64,000 nt of DNA from a virus (taxonomy: Duplodnaviria; Heunggongvirae; Uroviricota; Caudoviricetes; Demerecviridae). The notes below the pieces were generated by a model, which was not told where the DNA came from, made no database searches, and saw only the letters and a program-made list of their open reading frames with translations. Made by a program: the position numbers and the translations under genes. Of the stretch, positions 60,303 to 64,000 are shown one piece after another; the first letter of the stretch is position 1, and every line of letters begins with the position of its first letter. Location: positions 1 through 64,000 of IMG/VR virus record IMGVR_UViG_2974579171_000001; one strand, written 5' to 3'.

Positions 60303-60511
60303 AGTACCCCACGAAACGCAGCGTAAAAGGTGGCAAAGTGCCTGACCGTTTCAAGGATCACGTTGCCGCGCTTGTCGAATTTCTTTTCAGTAACACGAAA
60401 GGCATTTTTATTACGTGCTACATATTCGATTTTACAATCCGGACGCTCGAACGTGTTAGCATCCACCAGCTTAAAACCTTTCGAACGTGCAAGGGAAACG
60501 TTGCGGATCAT
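60299..60511 (-). CDS. hypothetical protein
   Basis: 70 aa. AAGGAGAATAAAA precedes the ATG (minus strand). Confidence 0.45.
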   Translation of the reverse strand: MIRNVSLARSKGFKLVDANTFERPDCKIEYVARNKNAFRVTEKKFDKRGNVILETVRHFATFYAAFRGVL

Positions 60512-60513
60512 TT

Positions 60514-60663
60514 TTATTCTCCTTTACCAGTCATGCAGCCCAGCAGATAAGAAAATACAGCGATACCCGCGCCGATAACAACCGCGTGAACGCCGAAAGC
60601 TATTGCAAACAAAGATAAAATAGCGCCCAAGATACCGGCTAAAAAAGCTCGAAAAATAACCAT
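60514..60663 (-). CDS. small hydrophobic membrane peptide (49 aa)
   Basis: MVIFRAFLAGILGAILSLFAIAFGVHAVVIGAGIAVFSYLLGCMTGKGE. Below the ORF-track cutoff. Its 3' end supplies the Shine-Dalgarno of the next gene. Confidence 0.3.
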   Translation of the reverse strand: MVIFRAFLAGILGAILSLFAIAFGVHAVVIGAGIAVFSYLLGCMTGKGE

Positions 60664-60712
60664 TTGTAATACTCCCCTAGTTAGTGGGGCGATACTTTCG
60701 CCCCGTTATTAA

Positions 60713-60976
60713 TTACATTAAAATAATTTTAGCGGCTTGCTTTTCGGTGCAATGTTCCGCTTTCAGGGTATCCAGCAAAAAGCCCGCGGTTTGCTGATCG
60801 ATTTGATCATTATCATAAAGCGCCTGTATGGTAGTGTAAGTTTTAGCAATGCCGTATTCTTGGACCATTTCCTGAATAATCCAGCGATTTGATACCCAGC
60901 CTTTTCCGGTGAAAAGAGCGTCAGAAGAAGAAAAAGCAACCATTTTAAGCCTCCAAAATTTTGGGAAAATTTTCAA
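60713..60976 (-). CDS. hypothetical protein
   Basis: 87-aa ORF (possibly starting at an internal Met). Confidence 0.4.
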   Translation of the reverse strand: MKIFPKFWRLKMVAFSSSDALFTGKGWVSNRWIIQEMVQEYGIAKTYTTIQALYDNDQIDQQTAGFLLDTLKAEHCTEKQAAKIILM

Positions 60977-61061
60977 CCGTCCTCGAACGGTGTAAAGGCA
61001 TTATAACAAAAAAGGCCACCATAAAAGGCGACCTTTACAAAACTTTACAATAGGCTAGTTA

Positions 61062-62054
61062 TTACTCGTTTTCGGTGTTATTGGTGAAAGTAGAAATATC
61101 GATACCTTTTACCATTTCATCGATCATCTCAGCAATGTTAAAGCTCTGCACCATTTCTAACATTGCCGCTTCCATAGCCGCCCCCGCTACCGCTTTCGCT
61201 TTCTGGTTACTCGGGGCGTACTGGTCAACCGCTACACTCAGCAGGTTAGCGATTACTACGCGACCAATCGGCGTATCGATATAACCTTTGATCATGAACG
61301 GTGCTTTTTTAGCCGCTACTTTCGTGATTTGAGTTAGTGCAATTTTACCCGCTTCCAGTTTTGCAGCGTTTACAACGGCAGACTTATTGGCGGCAACGAT
61401 ATTAGCGATCTTGGTCATGGCATTTTTTCCTTTGTTTTCAGTAGTTTGAGCGTGAACGCTTTTAGTGTTAGAATTTACAGCATGTTTTTCTATACTGTTA
61501 ATAATCTGATCCTCATCTTTCCAGAAAGTAAAACCGGCCTCCTGTATCAGATCATTATAAACATACGGGCATAGTTCCGACGGTAGCAAAAAATTACCGT
61601 TATCATCAAAGGCCATTATAGCTGCAAAACGATACCCGTCATAATCCGACCGATTCCAGCCAACTGATAAATAACGCCAAAATGAATCGAGAAAATTTTC
61701 TACGTCATAAAGATCATTATCATTAGCCTCATAGTTTTCTATTGAAAAAACTTCTAAGCTCGCCCCAGTATCATAGGCTTTTACTGTGTTGCCTTTTACG
61801 ATTATGAAATCAGTATCCGGCCCCCGACTAGTGAGCAATTGATAATCCTGATTATACAAAACAAGCGTTGCCCCTTGTTTATATAACGGTAGAAAACTAT
61901 TCATATTATAAGCGTCATATTCATCAAAAAAGTTTTGGTGAATAGTTTCAATATTGAAAACAAAATGCCGGATGCTGGTTGTTCTGCTACCATCCAGCAG
62001 GTTACGCAGCGCACCTTTTAAGACGGTTGCGTTATCTGGTTTATATAGCCTCAT
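61062..62054 (-). CDS. hypothetical protein (330 aa)
   Basis: Long ORF with an Ala/Lys-rich C-terminal third. No recognisable motif. Confidence 0.5.
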   Translation of the reverse strand: MRLYKPDNATVLKGALRNLLDGSRTTSIRHFVFNIETIHQNFFDEYDAYNMNSFLPLYKQGATLVLYNQDYQLLTSRGPDTDFIIVKGNTVKAYDTGASLEVFSIENYEANDNDLYDVENFLDSFWRYLSVGWNRSDYDGYRFAAIMAFDDNGNFLLPSELCPYVYNDLIQEAGFTFWKDEDQIINSIEKHAVNSNTKSVHAQTTENKGKNAMTKIANIVAANKSAVVNAAKLEAGKIALTQITKVAAKKAPFMIKGYIDTPIGRVVIANLLSVAVDQYAPSNQKAKAVAGAAMEAAMLEMVQSFNIAEMIDEMVKGIDISTFTNNTENE

Positions 62055-62324
62055 TTGTTGGCCCTCTCGTTAATCGGTGAGTAAATGATAAGGGTAATTT
62101 TCTAGCATAGGCAAAGATTATTTTACTTTTTTATTTTTCTTGCCTAACGCCTATTTTTATGATAACCGCGCAGCGGCGTAATAAAGAGCAAAACACGGCG
62201 AAGCCACCAGGGCGACGCGTTGGGTCTTTACTTTAATATTACCTTGTCGCGTTCAGCTCGTTAGAAAGCGTTTTAAGCCGCTTAAAATTGATTGCAGTTG
62301 TTAACACTACCTTTTTACCCTGTA

Positions 62325-62460
62325 AATTTATACAGTAGGATAACCTGTGGATAAGTCTGTGTAAAAGCCCTCATATCGCCGCCTATCGTGTCAAATTATT
62401 TTGTGCTGTGGATAACGTTGTGGATAACTTAAATGATAGTGGTTCTCACTTAGGCCGATA
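62325..62460. repeat. right arm of large imperfect inverted repeat carrying DnaA boxes
   Basis: Reverse complement reads catttaagttatccacaacgttatccacagcac...acagacttatccacaggttatcctactg, homologous to 59180-59345. Confidence 0.7.
62346..62427 (-). promoter_or_regulatory. DnaA-box cluster (3 TGTGGATAA on the plus strand)
   Basis: TGTGGATAA at 62346, 62407 and 62419. Confidence 0.6.
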
Positions 62461-62550
62461 GTTTCTTATCGTTATTATTATACTGGTGATGATTTCTTAT
62501 AGTTATTATTATATTGAGGATGATTTCTTATAGTTATTATTTCTCATTAA
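62458..62550 (+). repeat. three tandem about 31-bp iteron-like repeats (GATTTCTTATnGTTATTATTATA...)
   Basis: tgatgatttcttatcgttattattatactgg / tgatgatttcttatagttattattatattgagga / tgatttcttatagttattatt. Confidence 0.7.
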
Positions 62551-63231
62551 TTTATATGTATATTATATATCATGAAATAGTTAGTTGGCTAATGAGATTT
62601 TCCGTGATTAATAGTCTGCTAATAATTCAGGCCGTTACAATCCACCAGCATGATTATCATCCTAGCAATTATTAGTCTGCTATCCTTCCGATGCAGACTA
62701 ACAAATAAAAGTCAATTAATTTATTTTATAAATTAAGTCATTTGATCTTGATTTTTAAAAGTCAAGACCTTTTCCAACTATTTTTCAATTTTGCGTTTGT
62801 TAATGATTTGTTAAGTCGAAAATAGGCGGCCTAAAACGCCCCAGGACGCAATAAAGTTTTTGGCCATCCAATCATAAAGGGATAAGCCGTTTATCGCCGC
62901 CACGAGCTTTTTAGATTTTGTCAAGTAGGGCAAAGCAAATATAAATGAAAAAATTACTTGCTTATCTGCTTTGTTTTGTGGTATTCGCGCGCCCGTTTCT
63001 TTTAATTTTTAATGCGCCGCGCCCAGGTCGCCGCAAGGTGTCCGGTGGCGTTTGTCTTTACATTTCTTTACAAAAATAAGGTTGCGCCTTTTTCGTTGTT
63101 TGTTATTATTTATCTCGTAGGGCGGCAATGACGAACTACACGGCGGTAAACTTCCCGCCGCGCTCTTTAAAAATTGGGTATATCTTAAAGCCTATCGGCG
63201 GTAAACTTATTCATTATAAGGAATCGACGAT

Positions 63232-63435
63232 ATGAAACAAACGTTATTGATCACTGGTAAACCTAGCAAGGCACTGGATAGCGAAACTAAAAAATTATTG
63301 ACAGTAGCGCAAAGATCGGTAAAATACCGATTCAAGCAATACAAGAAAGGCCGCCAGCAAGGTTTAGAAATGATCTGGCGAAATATTATGATTGACCTGA
63401 AAGAAAATCATAAAAAACTGCAAAAAACTATTTGA
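63232..63435 (+). CDS. small basic hypothetical protein
   Basis: 67-aa ORF. Confidence 0.4.
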   Translation: MKQTLLITGKPSKALDSETKKLLTVAQRSVKYRFKQYKKGRQQGLEMIWRNIMIDLKENHKKLQKTI

Positions 63436-63664
63436 CAACCTAGCCGATAGGCTTTAAGATGTACCCAGTTCGATAAGAGCGATAACTTGATAAAATCTGA
63501 CGGTCGGTGCTTACCATAATGCATCCCGCCCCCTAACGGGATATAGCGGCCTTCGTGGAGTTCCTTAAATTGATTTTATAATGGCGAGCGGATTTTTTCT
63601 TATTACCTGATACTTTTTATCAGGTAATGCGAAACAATCCGAAAAATAACTTGGAGTATATACT

Positions 63665-63916
63665 ATGCAAAACGTTATTACCGCGCCTAAAATTGGTCAA
63701 TCTGTTTTCATCCCTTTCGTTACTAAAACGGATGAATTAACCGGAAAAGCCGAACGTATTAAAGGCGCGGCGCTCATGCCGTTCGATACAATCGACGCGG
63801 TATACGCTGAAAATGAGCGCAGTAACAACGGCAAGCCTATTTATAACGTTCGCGTTAAATCCGGCGACGTTGTAAAGGTTGTTCAACGCAACGAAAAATG
63901 GGAAGCTGTTTTATAA
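63665..63916 (+). CDS. hypothetical protein
   Basis: 83 aa. GGAG Shine-Dalgarno. Hairpin TATATGCCCC...GGGGCATATA downstream. Confidence 0.45.
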   Translation: MQNVITAPKIGQSVFIPFVTKTDELTGKAERIKGAALMPFDTIDAVYAENERSNNGKPIYNVRVKSGDVVKVVQRNEKWEAVL

Positions 63917-64000
63917 ATTAGTGTTAACTTTATATGCCCCAGTAGTTCGGGGCATATAACGATTAACATTAGTTAATCATTTAATCCCTTAAATTAAATT

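Noticed and set aside
59712-64000. Possibility that the GC-richer end of the window is host chromosome (a prophage junction)
   Set aside because: It is not adopted as the primary reading. The segment is flanked on both sides by phage-type repeats. It contains no recognisable bacterial housekeeping genes, integrase or att-like tRNA junction. The DnaA-box arms are mirror images of each other, which suggests an internal phage structure. Compositional difference alone is insufficient, but this remains unproven without a database search.

Overview
This window is the early region of a T5-like (Tequintavirus-type) siphophage, reverse-complemented relative to the usual T5 map. I recognise the minus-strand promoter at 6141-6200 as T5 PN25 from memory (see F16); that is not a database match.

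Layout:
- 1-15.2 kb, minus strand: DNA-replication and nucleotide-metabolism genes. These are a DnaB-like helicase (partial), a D5-like DNA-binding protein, a split NAD-dependent DNA ligase, a PC4-like protein, an HNH endonuclease, an origin-binding SF2 helicase, a HAD hydrolase, a Sir2 protein and anaerobic ribonucleotide reductase NrdD.
- 15.3-15.6 kb: a divergent promoter region.
- 15.6-57.8 kb, plus strand: PhoH, NrdA, a second HNH endonuclease, NrdB, DHFR, ThyA, RNase H, a NADAR/YbiA protein, a DEDDh exonuclease, a receiver-domain protein, a SleB-like hydrolase, an SPFH protein, about 23 tRNAs plus several tRNA-like structured RNAs, a GrcA-like glycyl-radical protein, two T5orf172/GIY-YIG-like proteins, a spanin-like pair, dNMP kinase, a ClpP-like protease, holin, an M15 endolysin, a thioredoxin-like protein and two metallophosphatases.
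- Throughout this block there are roughly 30 copies of a stereotyped T5 early promoter (TTGCTa, 17-bp spacer, TATAAT, then cATAAATTga).
- 57.85-59.7 kb: a 1.8-kb noncoding repeat block. It holds 9 copies of GTCGGATTTGCACA, a C-rich strand-asymmetric tract, a 22-bp perfect palindrome, tandem ~27-bp repeats and a DnaA-box cluster.
- 59.2-62.5 kb: a pair of imperfect inverted repeats carrying DnaA boxes flanks a 3-kb module of higher GC. The module encodes small membrane peptides and a 330-aa protein, and is followed by iteron-like tandem repeats.

Most noteworthy:
- a 329-codon minus-strand reading frame with a single in-frame TGA, in an antisense GC-richer three-gene insert within the tRNA region;
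- several 100-170-nt tRNA-like structured RNAs closed by long-range stems;
- the DnaA-box inverted repeats flanking the 3-kb module.
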